From the NCBI GenBank assembly GCA_963714015.1, contig OY970223.1:768001-832000 (forward strand): DNA of 64,000 nucleotides. The letters are read 5' to 3'. Origin of the DNA: Vulcanimicrobiota bacterium (lineage in GTDB: Bacteria; Vulcanimicrobiota; Vulcanimicrobiia; Vulcanimicrobiales; Vulcanimicrobiaceae). The notes below the pieces were generated by a model. That model did no database searches, was not told the origin of the DNA, and saw only the letters and a program-made list of their open reading frames with translations. This document shows, piece after piece, positions 23,656 through 37,543 of the stretch. The position numbers and the translations under genes were made by a program. How positions within the stretch are numbered: position 1 is the first letter of the stretch; each line of letters opens with the position of its first letter.

Positions 23656-24144
23656 ACTACGAATCCGTTGCGCTTTACAGCCAGGTCGCGTCGGCCGCGT
23701 TGTTCGTCCTGGCCATGATCTGGATTTGGGTGAAGTTCATCCAGCCTGCGGTTCTAAGTGCGCAGCAGAATCAAAATGCCGCGCTCGCCGAGGCCGAGCG
23801 CCACCGCGATGAAGCCAAGCGCGTACTGGACTCGCTGCAAGGCGAGATCGACAGCGCCAAGCAAGACGCCGCGGCGATCAAGAGGCGCGTCGAGGCGTTG
23901 GCTGCGGCCGAACGCGAAAATGCCTTGCGCGAAGCCCGCGAATTCGGCGAAAGAACGCTCCGCAACGCCCGCGAGGAGCTGCCGCGCAGCCGCGCCGCGG
24001 CTCGCGAACAGCTGCGGGAAGAGCTCGCCTCGCGGGCGCTGGGGCTCGCCCGCGTCGCAGGCGCAGCAGCGCGTCGACGGCGGCGTGAACGCACAACTCG
24101 TCGGCTCGTTCCTTGCAAATCTCGAACGCGGCGGGCGTAACTAG
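23652..24144 (+). CDS. atpF: F0 ATP synthase subunit b; indel near 24055
   Basis: N-terminal TM plus coiled coil, located between b' and delta. Confidence 0.82.
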
Positions 24145-24686
24145 TGCCAAATGAAAGGCTCGCGCGCCGGTACGCGCTCGCCGTCTTTCAGCTCGCGAGC
24201 GAGGCGAACGTAGTTGACGTCGTCGGCGCCGACCTGCGCACGATTTCCGAAGCGATTTACGAGGACGAGTCGACGAAGGGTTTCTTTCTTGCGCCGGTCA
24301 TCGATCGCAAGGAAAAGGAGCGGGTGCTGAGCGCAGCTTTCGGCGGCAAAGCGCACGACATTACGCTGCACACGCTGCTGCTCCTCGTGCGCAAGCGTCG
24401 CGAGGCGCTGCTGCGCGAGGTGGTTGCACAATACGCGCAGTTGCAGCTCCAGGCGCGCGGCGCCGAGCAGCTCGTGGTAACCACCGCCAGGGAACTGCCC
24501 CCTGCGGAGTCTTCGTCCATCGTCGGACGCCTCGAAAAGATTTACGGCAAGAAGTTCGAGGCGCGTCAGGTGGTCGATCCGTCGCTTATCGGCGGCTTGC
24601 GCGTGATGATGGGCGATCGCCGCATCGACGGCTCCGTCGACGGCCGCCTGGAAGAACTCTCTCGGACGCTGTTCGCCGGAAACTGA
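24144..24686 (+). CDS. atpH: F1 ATP synthase subunit delta
   Basis: ARRYALA, VDPSLIGG, IDGSV. Confidence 0.95.
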   Translation: MPNERLARRYALAVFQLASEANVVDVVGADLRTISEAIYEDESTKGFFLAPVIDRKEKERVLSAAFGGKAHDITLHTLLLLVRKRREALLREVVAQYAQLQLQARGAEQLVVTTARELPPAESSSIVGRLEKIYGKKFEARQVVDPSLIGGLRVMMGDRRIDGSVDGRLEELSRTLFAGN

Positions 24687-24722
24687 TATGAACGCAACTG
24701 TAAAAGATCAACGAATCTCGAT

Positions 24723-24787
24723 GCGCCCTGCGGAATGGGGGGCCCCATTTATGGGGGGCGCGGAGTCTGGAGCGGAGCGCCTTTTAA
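24723..24787. repeat. Solo diverged copy of the 3' half of the murA-mreB repeat unit
   Basis: gcgccctgcggaatggggggccccatttatggggggcgcggagtctggagcggagcgcctttt aligns with gcgccatgaggaaatgggggccccgcgctttagcgtggggggcgcggagcctagggcgcagcgcctttt (about 31452-31520). Confidence 0.75.
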
Positions 24788-24788
24788 A

Positions 24789-26287
24789 ATGATCAACGCA
24801 GACGAAATCGCCGGTATTCTCAAGCAGCAGATTGCGAACTTCAAGACCGAGATTCAAGAGGATCAGGTCGGTACGGTAATCGAGGTGGGCGCCAATTTGG
24901 CGCGCGTCTACGGCCTTCAGAGCGTTCGCGCATCGGAGCTCGTCGAGTTTGCGAACGGCGTGCAGGGCGTAGCGCTCAACCTGGAAGAGGACAACGTCGG
25001 CGTCGTCATCATGGGCGACGACGCGGAAATCAAAGAAGGCGATCACGTGCGCCGCACGGGACGCATCGCGTCGGTTCCGGTCGGCGAGGCCCTACTGGGA
25101 CGCGTCGTCGATCCGCTGGGCATTCCGGTCGACGGCAAAGGCGCAATTCAAACGCGCAAATACCGCACCATTGAAAACGTTGCACCGACGGTCGTGCATC
25201 GTCAGCCGGTCAAACAGCCGCTCTTCACCGGTATCCGCGCAATCGACGCCCTCATCCCGATCGGCAAGGGCCAGCGCGAGCTGATCATCGGCGATCGCAG
25301 CACCGGCAAGACCGCGATCGCGATCGACGCCATCATCAATCAGAAGGGCAAGAACGTCTTCTGCATCTACGTGGCCATCGGTCAAAAGAACTCGACCGTA
25401 GCGGCGCTCGCCCAGGTTCTCGAGCAGAAGGGTGCGATGGAATACACGACCATCGTCGCCGTCGGTCCGTCCGAAGCCGCCGCGCTTCGATGGATCGCTC
25501 CGTTCGCCGGCGCCGCGATGGGCGAGGAGCTCATGTATGGCGGCAAAGACGTGCTCATCATTTACGACGATCTGACCAAGCACGCGCAGTCGTACCGCGA
25601 AATGTCGCTGCTGCTTCGCCGTCCGCCGGGCCGTGAAGCCTATCCGGGCGACGTATTCTTCCTGCATTCGCGTTTGTTGGAACGGTCTGCAAAGCTGTCC
25701 GACGACCTCGGCGGCGGATCGATGACGGCGCTGCCGATCATCGAGACGCAAGCCGGCGACTTCTCCGCGTATATTCCTACGAACGTCATCTCGATCACCG
25801 ACGGACAAATCTATCTGACGCCGTCGCTCTTCTTCCAGGGCATCCGTCCTGCGGTCGACGTCGGGCTCTCGGTCTCACGCGTCGGAGGTTCGGCGCAGAC
25901 CAAGGCGATGAAGAGTGTGGCGGGACAACTAAAACTCGAACTCGCGCAGTATCGCGACCTCGCCGCGTTCGCCAAGCTGGCGAGTGACTTGGACAAAGCC
26001 ACGCAGATGCAGCTGATGCGCGGCGAGAAGCTGACCGAGCTTCTCAAGCAGCCGCAGTACCAGCCGATGGCCAACGAAGATCAGGTCGCAATTCTCTACG
26101 GCGCCACCAAGGGCTTCGTGAACGACGTCGAGACGCCGCGTCTTCAAAACTGGGCGCGCGGTTTTCTGGCGTTTCTGCACGACAAGTACGCGGATGTTCC
26201 GCAAGCAATCGCGCAGAGCGGCCAGCTTCCCGACGATGCGAAGAAGAAGCTCGAAGCGGCACTGACGGAGTTCAATAAGACCTTCTA

Positions 26288-26288
<1 letters not shown>
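24789..26288 (+). CDS. atpA: F1 ATP synthase subunit alpha
   Basis: [34 protein letters not shown]. Confidence 0.98.
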
Positions 26289-28674
<2,386 letters not shown>

Positions 28675-28676
28675 CC

Positions 28677-29093
28677 GTGCCTGCGACCATTCCCTTTAAG
28701 CTCATCACGCCCACGACTGTGGTTTTTCAAGGCGATGCGGAGCTCGTGATTGCGACGACGACCGAAGGTGAAGAAGGCATTCTTGCACACCACGCGCCGT
28801 TTTTGAGCGCGCTGAAACCGGGCGTTCTTCGAGCAAGCATCGCCGAAGGCGGCGGTACGCGTCGTATGGAGCTTGCGACGAGCGAAGGGTTCATGCAAGC
28901 GCTGCCGGACGGCGTGACGGTACTGGTCGACAACGCGCTGACGTTCGAAGAGGTCGACGTCGCTGCGGCGCGCGCAGAGTTGGCCGAGGCGACGGAGCGT
29001 CAGAGGTCCGCAGCCGACCGCCATGTGTTTGAACGCGAACAAGCGATCATCGATTTTGCGAACGCCAAATTGCGCTTAACCGGACACCATTAA
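28677..29093 (+). CDS. atpC: F1 ATP synthase subunit epsilon
   Basis: LITP, GEEGILAHHAP; follows atpD. Confidence 0.93.
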   Translation: MPATIPFKLITPTTVVFQGDAELVIATTTEGEEGILAHHAPFLSALKPGVLRASIAEGGGTRRMELATSEGFMQALPDGVTVLVDNALTFEEVDVAAARAELAEATERQRSAADRHVFEREQAIIDFANAKLRLTGHH

Positions 29094-29115
29094 CCTTACG
29101 GCGAAACAGCCGGCA

Positions 29116-29601
29116 GTGGCTCGTTCTACCGGATGGAGTGTGCTTGCGGCTAAAGCCCTGGAAGTGGGCTTTTTGGCATTGGCGTCGCGCGCGATGGAGA
29201 ACGGGCGTCCGGCGCTTGCGACGAAACGCTTGGTGCCCGAGCCGATTGTCGTTCCGAAAGAACCCGTTCCGGCCGAACCGCCGCCGGCGCCTCAGCCTGA
29301 CGAAGCGGTAGATTTTCTGCAGGCCTTCGCCGATCCGGACGCTAGCGTCGCCACGGCGCGCGACGAGCACGGCGAGGTCTCGGTCGCATTTCTCTCCGAT
29401 GGACGCGTGCGCCTTACCGATGCCGAAAACCGGCGCTTTGCGGGCATGCTCCAAGACGACAAAGCCGATCTTCTCGAGATTGGTACCGGAACGTGGAGCA
29501 CGGTCTATCTTCGCCGTTCGCCCGACGGTACGACGCAGCTCGAACTGCACGGCGGACCTTACGACGCGCGCGTATTGACCTGCGAGCCCGCACCGCGATG
29601 A
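29116..29601 (+). CDS. Hypothetical protein
   Basis: 161-aa ORF filling the atpC-murA gap; stop overlaps the murA ATG. Confidence 0.6.
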   Translation: MARSTGWSVLAAKALEVGFLALASRAMENGRPALATKRLVPEPIVVPKEPVPAEPPPAPQPDEAVDFLQAFADPDASVATARDEHGEVSVAFLSDGRVRLTDAENRRFAGMLQDDKADLLEIGTGTWSTVYLRRSPDGTTQLELHGGPYDARVLTCEPAPR

Positions 29602-30968
29602 CGACATTGGATCGCTTGGAGACCACGTTGCGGGTACGCGGAGGCGCCGCGCTCGAGGGATCGATTCCGACGCAGGGGGCAAAGAACGCCGCGTTGCCGA
29701 TCATGGCGGCGTCGCTGCTGGCCAAAGGCAAAGTAACGCTCCATCGCGTTCCGCATATCACCGACGTTTCGGTCATGTGGTCGTTGCTGACCGCGCTCGG
29801 CGCGCGGCTTCGCCAGGAAGGCGACGGCACCGTGACGATCGATGCAAGCAACGTCGCCTCGCATCGCGCGCCATATACACTGGTGCGAAAACTCAACGCC
29901 AGTTTCGACATCGTCGGCCCGCTTCTCGGGCGCTTCGGGCGCGCCGAAGTCCCGCTTCCCGGCGGGTGCATTTTGGGAACGCGCGCTACCGACATGCACG
30001 AGCAGGCCTTTATTGCTCTTGGCTGCGATGTGAAAAATGCTCACGGCTATCTGATCGCAACCGCCAAAAAGAAGCACCTGGAAGGCGCCAACGTCGAATT
30101 TCGCATGCCCAGCGTCGGCGCGACCAAGAACGCGATGCTTGCGGCAGTACTCGCCGAAGGCACGACGTCGCTGAGCAACGTCGCGATGGAACCGGAAGTC
30201 ACCGATCTCGCGGACTTCCTCATCGCTATGGGTGCAAAGATTCGCGGCGCCGGATCGGACACAATCGTCATTGAGGGCGTCAAGGAATTGAACGGCGTCG
30301 AGTACGAGATCATTCCGGATCGCTTGGTTGCCGGAACATTGCTGCTTTGCGGAGCTGCAACGCGCGGGGACGTTACCGTCAAGCAGTGCCGCCCCGATCA
30401 TCTGCACGCGCTCGCGCTCAAGCTGCAGGAGTGCGGAGCGCAGCTGACTTCGGGCGACGACTGGATGCGCGTGCGCGCCGAACGCATCACCGGCGGCACG
30501 GAAATTCTCACAGCGCCGTTCCCCGGTTTTCCGACCGATCTTCAGCCGCAAATGGTCTCGTTCTTGTGCACCGCGCCGGGCACGAGCATCGTTGAAGAGT
30601 CGATCTTCAACGCCCGCTTCTCGTACGTGAACGAGCTGGCTCGCATGGGCGCCGACGTGCGGGTATCGATGGAAAGTAATACGGCGGTCGTGAGAGGCGG
30701 AATGCCGCTTTCCGGCGCACCAGTGGAAGCGCCGGATATTCGCGCCGGCGCCGCCCTCGTCGTTGCGGGCCTCGCCGCGCAGGGCGATACGGAGATCATC
30801 GGCCTGGAGTACATCGACCGAGGGCACGAGCGGTTGGAGGAGATGCTCTCCGCGCTCGGGGGGCAAGTGCAACGGGCCAGCGGCATTACACCGCTTGTGG
30901 AACCCAACGGGATTTTCGAAACGAGCGCGTATCCTACGACCCGGGCTCGGGCCGCAGACAATTCATAA
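29598..30968 (+). CDS. murA: UDP-N-acetylglucosamine 1-carboxyvinyltransferase
   Basis: GAKNAALP, LPGGC.LG.R, SVGATKN, PFPGFPTDLQ, DIRAGAAL. Confidence 0.96.
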   Translation: MTTLDRLETTLRVRGGAALEGSIPTQGAKNAALPIMAASLLAKGKVTLHRVPHITDVSVMWSLLTALGARLRQEGDGTVTIDASNVASHRAPYTLVRKLNASFDIVGPLLGRFGRAEVPLPGGCILGTRATDMHEQAFIALGCDVKNAHGYLIATAKKKHLEGANVEFRMPSVGATKNAMLAAVLAEGTTSLSNVAMEPEVTDLADFLIAMGAKIRGAGSDTIVIEGVKELNGVEYEIIPDRLVAGTLLLCGAATRGDVTVKQCRPDHLHALALKLQECGAQLTSGDDWMRVRAERITGGTEILTAPFPGFPTDLQPQMVSFLCTAPGTSIVEESIFNARFSYVNELARMGADVRVSMESNTAVVRGGMPLSGAPVEAPDIRAGAALVVAGLAAQGDTEIIGLEYIDRGHERLEEMLSALGGQVQRASGITPLVEPNGIFETSAYPTTRARAADNS

Positions 30969-30971
30969 ATC

Positions 30972-32516
<1,545 letters not shown>

Positions 32517-32586
32517 GTATCAGCACAATGGGCACGCGATCGTCGCTGCTCAGGATGATCGGAGTGCTGCCGCGAAGGTAAGCGGC

Positions 32587-33642
32587 ATGACCGGTGCTCC
32601 GAGAATCGCTGCGGTCGCAACTGCCGTACCGCCTTACATATTAGAGCAAGATGACATCGCCCGCCGGGTGAAGGCGCAGTTCAGCAACAGCGCGGTCGTG
32701 CAGCGGCTGTTGCCGGTGTTCGTCAATACGGGAATCGATCGCCGGTATTCGTGCGTGCCGATCGAGTGGTATTACGACTCGCACGGCTGGTCCGACCGCA
32801 ACAGCATCTATCTGAAGTCTGCGGTCGACCTCTTGGAGCAGGCGACGGGCGAAGCGCTCCAGCAAGCCGGAAAGCGCGTGGAAGACGTCGACGCGATCGT
32901 CGTCGTATCGACGACGGGAATCGCAACGCCGAGCCTTGACGCGCTGCTCGTGGAACGCCTGCCGTTCAAACGGACGGTGCGACGTTTGCCGATCTTCGGC
33001 TTGGGCTGTGCCGGCGGCGCGCTCGGCGTCGCTCGAGCGAGTGCGCTGGCTGCCGCCGAACCCGGTTCGACGGTGCTTCTGCTCGTTATCGAACTTTGTG
33101 CCCTCTCGTTCCGGCGGGACGACATTACCAAGAGCAACGTCGTCGCAACCGCGCTCTTCGGTGACGGCGCGGCGGCGATGGTCATATCCCATTCCGCCTC
33201 GGGTCCGGCAATTACGGCATCCGGCGAGTACCAATTTCCGCAGTCGCTCGACGTCATGGGTTGGGACGTTGCAGCGGACGGCCTGCGCGCGGTCTTCTCG
33301 CGCGACATTCCGCAATTGGTGCAAAGCGAACTGCGTCCGATCGTCGATGGCTTTCTATCATCACGCGGCATGACGCTGGATGACATCGATTGCGTGCTCT
33401 CGCATCCCGGCGGAACGAAAGTGATCGATGCGCTGGAAGACGCCTTCGGCATGGAGCGCGGAGCAATGGAAGATTCGCGGGTGGTGTTGCGCGAGTACGG
33501 CAACATGTCCGCCGTCACCGTCCTCTTCGTGCTGGCGCGCGCCCTCGATCGCGGCGCGCTGCACAACAGTGAGTGGCGCCGAGCGCTGCTCATGGCGATG
33601 GGGCCCGGGTTTACCGCGGGATTCGTTTTGCTTGAACGATGA
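32587..33642 (+). CDS. Type III polyketide synthase (BpsA/SrsA-like)
   Basis: Catalytic triad LGCAGG (Cys), HPGG (His), GNMS (Asn); LFGDG; GPGF. Confidence 0.92.
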   Translation: MTGAPRIAAVATAVPPYILEQDDIARRVKAQFSNSAVVQRLLPVFVNTGIDRRYSCVPIEWYYDSHGWSDRNSIYLKSAVDLLEQATGEALQQAGKRVEDVDAIVVVSTTGIATPSLDALLVERLPFKRTVRRLPIFGLGCAGGALGVARASALAAAEPGSTVLLLVIELCALSFRRDDITKSNVVATALFGDGAAAMVISHSASGPAITASGEYQFPQSLDVMGWDVAADGLRAVFSRDIPQLVQSELRPIVDGFLSSRGMTLDDIDCVLSHPGGTKVIDALEDAFGMERGAMEDSRVVLREYGNMSAVTVLFVLARALDRGALHNSEWRRALLMAMGPGFTAGFVLLER

Positions 33643-34148
33643 TCCCGGCACTTTGGATCGTGCTCGCGATCGTCGCCGTGCAGCGAATCGGGGAACTGGT
33701 CTACGCGTCCCGCAATGCAAAAAATCTTTTGGCGAACGGCGGCGTCGAAATCGCTCCGCAGCAGCACGGGTATTTCGTGACGTTGCACGCCGCGTGGATC
33801 CTGTGCCTGCTCGTTTTCGTTCCGGCATGGACGACGCCGAGCTGGCCGCTGCTCGCGTTTTTTTTCGCGCTGCAAGCCGCGCGGGTGTGGATTATCGCCA
33901 CGCTCGGACGCTATTGGACGACGCGGATCGTCACCATGCCGAATGCGCCGCTCGTCCGCGAAGGCCCGTACCGCTGGGTGCGGCATCCGAACTACGTCGT
34001 AGTGACGCTGGAGATTGCATTGCTGCCGCTGGCGTTTCACCAGGCCGCGATAGCCGTGATCTTCAGCGCGCTCAACGCCGTGTTGATCGTATGGCGCGTG
34101 CGTGAAGAAGATCGCGCGCTGGAGGCACGGCGCAGCCGGACCGGGTAA
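33639..34148 (+). CDS. Isoprenylcysteine carboxyl methyltransferase-family protein (BpsB/SrsB-like)
   Basis: LGRYWTTRI, GPYRWVRHPNY, RVREEDRAL; overlaps the PKS stop. Confidence 0.9.
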   Translation: MIPALWIVLAIVAVQRIGELVYASRNAKNLLANGGVEIAPQQHGYFVTLHAAWILCLLVFVPAWTTPSWPLLAFFFALQAARVWIIATLGRYWTTRIVTMPNAPLVREGPYRWVRHPNYVVVTLEIALLPLAFHQAAIAVIFSALNAVLIVWRVREEDRALEARRSRTG

Positions 34149-34159
34149 AACCGTGCACG

Positions 34160-34822
34160 GTGCAGATCAGCAACGTTATTCATGCTGCTAAGGAGTCGCC
34201 GGCTCGTGTTGCGGAGGAGGTTGCGTCCGTCGTCTTCGCCGGTGGGCTCGTCATCTTTCCAACCGACACCGTCTACGGGATAGGCTGCGATCCGTTCGAC
34301 TTGGGCGCAATCGGGCGTATTTACGGAGCGAAGGAGCGGCCACAGCATAAGCCGCTATCGCTGCATGTGGCCAGTTTGGGTGAGTTTATGGAATATGCCC
34401 GGGACCGGCGCGAAGTCGTCGCAACCGCGCGGCGCCTCATGCCCGGACCGGTGACGATAATTATCCCAAAGCCTGCGTTTATCAGTTCGGAGGTGACTTC
34501 GGGCCTGCCGACATTGGGATTTCGCGTCCCCGACGATCCGCTCTGCTGCGCGATCCTGGAGCGGTGCGGACCGCTGGCGGCAACCAGCGCGAACCTCAGC
34601 GGCGAGCGCGCCTACTACGGAGCGGGCGACTGGGAGAAGCTTCCCCCGGCCGACCTCTTCATCGAAAACGGGCCGACGCGGCACCAGCGCGACTCGACGG
34701 TTATCGATATGACGGGGCCGCAGCCGACTGTGCTGCGCGAAGGGGTTGTGTCCATAGAGCGGCTAACCGAGCTGTTCGGGACCATCGGTCATCACGAATG
34801 GGCGATTCGAAAGAGGAAATGA
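34160..34822 (+). CDS. tsaC: L-threonylcarbamoyladenylate synthase (TsaC/Sua5/YrdC)
   Basis: FPTDTVYG, K.RP..KPL, PGPVT, TSANLSG. Confidence 0.9.
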   Translation: MQISNVIHAAKESPARVAEEVASVVFAGGLVIFPTDTVYGIGCDPFDLGAIGRIYGAKERPQHKPLSLHVASLGEFMEYARDRREVVATARRLMPGPVTIIIPKPAFISSEVTSGLPTLGFRVPDDPLCCAILERCGPLAATSANLSGERAYYGAGDWEKLPPADLFIENGPTRHQRDSTVIDMTGPQPTVLREGVVSIERLTELFGTIGHHEWAIRKRK

Positions 34823-35433
34823 ACCTACGTATACTGCTTGCGCTGTTTGCGGTCGTCGCGCTCACCGGGCAGGCCCCCGCGCCTAGAACTACGCCGCGAG
34901 GACTCCCCACGCCGGCTCCGGCACCCGGTTCGCAGGCATCCAAAGCGCCGCAGCCGCCGCTTGCGCCGGGAAGTGCTCCATCCGCACCGCGTTCCGCCTC
35001 GGCGCCCTCGCCCAAACCGGGGACCGGTTTTTCGTTCGAAGACTGGCACGTCTCCACCGCGCAGCTCGACGCCAATTGGCAGACCGGCGCGTTCAACACG
35101 CCGACGAGCATCGTGCTTACCCGCACGGGAAGCACCATTACGGCCGATCGCGCTACGGGAAACTTCAAAACGCATCAAGCAAACCTCACCGGCCACGTCG
35201 TCGTTCACGACACGAACGGCGTGCTGACCAATTTCGCGGGACAAACGGGCCCGCACGTTCCGGCAACGCTTACGTGCGACAACCTCGACATCGATGGAAC
35301 GAAAAAGGCCTACGTCGCCACCGGTAACGTGCATTTCATTCAAGGAGGCAGTCAGGTGCGATCGCAGCGCGCCGTCATGGACGGCATCACGCACGAGATT
35401 CATTTGACGGGAAACGTGCAGCTGACGCAATGA
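34819..35433 (+). CDS. LptA/OstA-like beta-jellyroll periplasmic protein
   Basis: Signal peptide, Pro-rich linker, then ITADRA, LTGHVVV, ATGNVHFIQG and LTGNVQ repeats. Confidence 0.7.
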   Translation: MNLRILLALFAVVALTGQAPAPRTTPRGLPTPAPAPGSQASKAPQPPLAPGSAPSAPRSASAPSPKPGTGFSFEDWHVSTAQLDANWQTGAFNTPTSIVLTRTGSTITADRATGNFKTHQANLTGHVVVHDTNGVLTNFAGQTGPHVPATLTCDNLDIDGTKKAYVATGNVHFIQGGSQVRSQRAVMDGITHEIHLTGNVQLTQ

Positions 35434-36080
35434 TCCGATCGACGATGGCCCTGCTGCTCGTCTCGGCTGCCGCCATACTGCCGAAGGGGCCGCCGCACCC
35501 GTTGCCGCCGCGTCCCTCGCCCGGAGCGCCCGAGTGGAATCTGAAGACGACGCAGATGAACTCGAACATGCTCACCGGAGTCTTCTCCGCGCCGGAACAC
35601 GTGCTGCTGATGAGGGCCGACGGCTCGACGGTTAATGCAGATCGCGCGCTCGGAAACTACAAGCTGCACCAGGCTTCACTATACGGCCACGTCAACGTTC
35701 AGGATGCGGGCGGAACCTTCGGTCTGCGAAGCGCGTCGGCGGTTCAGGGACGCGGACCCGCAACGCTCACGTGCGACGAGCTCCATCTCGACGATGCGGC
35801 GCATACGTACGATGCAACCGGCAGCGTGCACTACGTACAGTCCGATACGACCATCGACGCCGACAAAGCGCATTTGAACGACCTCACCCATCAGCTGGAT
35901 CTGAGCGGGAAGGTGCACGTCGTCCAAGGCGATCGCACCTTGGACGCAGACAAAGCGACGTACAATACGGAAACCGGTCAGGGTCAATCCGAAGGCGACG
36001 TAACGATTGTGATGCCGGCGCCGAGTCCGTCGATAGCGACGCCGAAACCGATCAATATCAAACAGCCGAAGATCCCGTAG
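35430..36080 (+). CDS. LptA/OstA-like beta-jellyroll periplasmic protein (paralog)
   Basis: ATGSVHYVQ, IDADKA, LSGKVHVVQGDRTLDADKATY. Confidence 0.72.
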   Translation: MIRSTMALLLVSAAAILPKGPPHPLPPRPSPGAPEWNLKTTQMNSNMLTGVFSAPEHVLLMRADGSTVNADRALGNYKLHQASLYGHVNVQDAGGTFGLRSASAVQGRGPATLTCDELHLDDAAHTYDATGSVHYVQSDTTIDADKAHLNDLTHQLDLSGKVHVVQGDRTLDADKATYNTETGQGQSEGDVTIVMPAPSPSIATPKPINIKQPKIP

Positions 36081-36090
36081 CGAACCTCGC

Positions 36091-37428
36091 ATGGAACCGA
36101 GCCTCTTCGAATCGGCATCCGAGGCGAGCGCGCCGCTGGCGGCGCGCATGCGCCCGCGCACGCTCGAGGAGTTCGTGGGTCAGCAGCACATCGTCGGTCC
36201 GGGACACGCACTTCGCCGTGCAATCGAAAACGACAACGTCCCCTCACTGATCCTCTGGGGTCCGCCGGGGACCGGAAAAACGACGCTGGCGGAGATCATC
36301 GCGCGCATGACCGGGGCGCATTTTGCGTCGATCTCGGCAGTGAGCGCAGGCGTTGCCGATTTGCGCAAAATCGTCGCCGAAGCGAAGCATCGGCGAACGC
36401 TCGGAAAACGCACGGTGCTCTTCATCGACGAAATCCACCGCTTCAACAAGGCGCAGCAGGACGCGGTCTTGCCCTACGTGGAGAACGGAACCGTCACGTT
36501 TATCGGGGCTACGACCGAGAATCCGTCGTTCGAAGTAAATTCGGCGCTGCTCTCCCGGTCGCGCGTGTTCGTTTTGAAAGCGCTGACCGACGAAGACGTC
36601 GGCGTCATCGTCGATCGTGCGCTCGCGGATCCGGATCGCGGCCTGGGCAAGCTCGGCGTCGACCTCGATCCGCAGGCACGATCGGCGCTGATCGCACTGG
36701 CGAATGGAGATGCGCGCAGCGCACTCGGAACGCTCGAATTCGCGGCAACCGCAGCGCCCGAAACGGACGGCCGGCGCGCCATCAGCGCACAACTCGTCGC
36801 CGATGCAATGCAGCGTCGCGCCGTTTCGTACGATAAGGGCGGAGATCAGCACTACGACGTCATCAGCGCGTTCATCAAGAGCATTCGCGGGAGCGATCCC
36901 GATGCGGCGATCTACTGGCTGGCGCGTATGCTCGACGCCGGCGAGGACCCATTATTCGTCGCTCGCCGCCTCGTCATTTTGTCCTCCGAAGACGTCGGAC
37001 TGGCCGATTCGCGCGCGTTGTCCGTTGCAATCGCAGCACAGCAGGCGGTGCATTTCGTCGGCATGCCCGAGGGATTTTTTCCGCTGGCGCATGCAACGCT
37101 TTACCTTGCGACCGCGCCGAAGAGCAACAGCGTTGGACGCGCGTACGGCGCGGCAATGGAAGACGTGGAGGGTACACGCAACGAATCCGTGCCGCTGCAC
37201 TTACGCAACGCGCCGACCGCGTTGATGAAGAACTTAGGATACGGTCGCGATTACGAGTACGCGCATGCAAGCGAGCGCTACAAGAGCGCGCAAGGGGACG
37301 TTCCGCCGCCGGAGCGCCTGCAGGCGTACTTGCCGGAGAACCTGCGGGATCGTGTTTACTACGAACCGGGCAGCCAAGGCGAAGAGTACCGCTTGACCGA
37401 GTGGATAAAAAAGAGGCGGTCCGAATGA
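36091..37428 (+). CDS. rarA: Replication-associated recombination protein A (AAA+)
   Basis: PLAARMRP, GPPGTGKTT, DEIHRFNKAQQD, ATTENP, SAFIKSIRGSDPD. Confidence 0.96.
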   Translation: MEPSLFESASEASAPLAARMRPRTLEEFVGQQHIVGPGHALRRAIENDNVPSLILWGPPGTGKTTLAEIIARMTGAHFASISAVSAGVADLRKIVAEAKHRRTLGKRTVLFIDEIHRFNKAQQDAVLPYVENGTVTFIGATTENPSFEVNSALLSRSRVFVLKALTDEDVGVIVDRALADPDRGLGKLGVDLDPQARSALIALANGDARSALGTLEFAATAAPETDGRRAISAQLVADAMQRRAVSYDKGGDQHYDVISAFIKSIRGSDPDAAIYWLARMLDAGEDPLFVARRLVILSSEDVGLADSRALSVAIAAQQAVHFVGMPEGFFPLAHATLYLATAPKSNSVGRAYGAAMEDVEGTRNESVPLHLRNAPTALMKNLGYGRDYEYAHASERYKSAQGDVPPPERLQAYLPENLRDRVYYEPGSQGEEYRLTEWIKKRRSE

Positions 37429-37543
37429 TCGAACCGCCTTATCCGTTGCTACTTCTCGGAGTTTTGTGCAATGGAGCTTCGCACAAACACATCCTAAAAC
37501 CGCATACTGAGAATGACCTGGGACTTCACCCCGGGACGGTAAC

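Noticed and set aside
24735..24788. N-terminal extension of AtpA (MGGPIYGG...)
   Set aside because: It is translation of the repeat element. The conserved start MINADEI begins at 24789.
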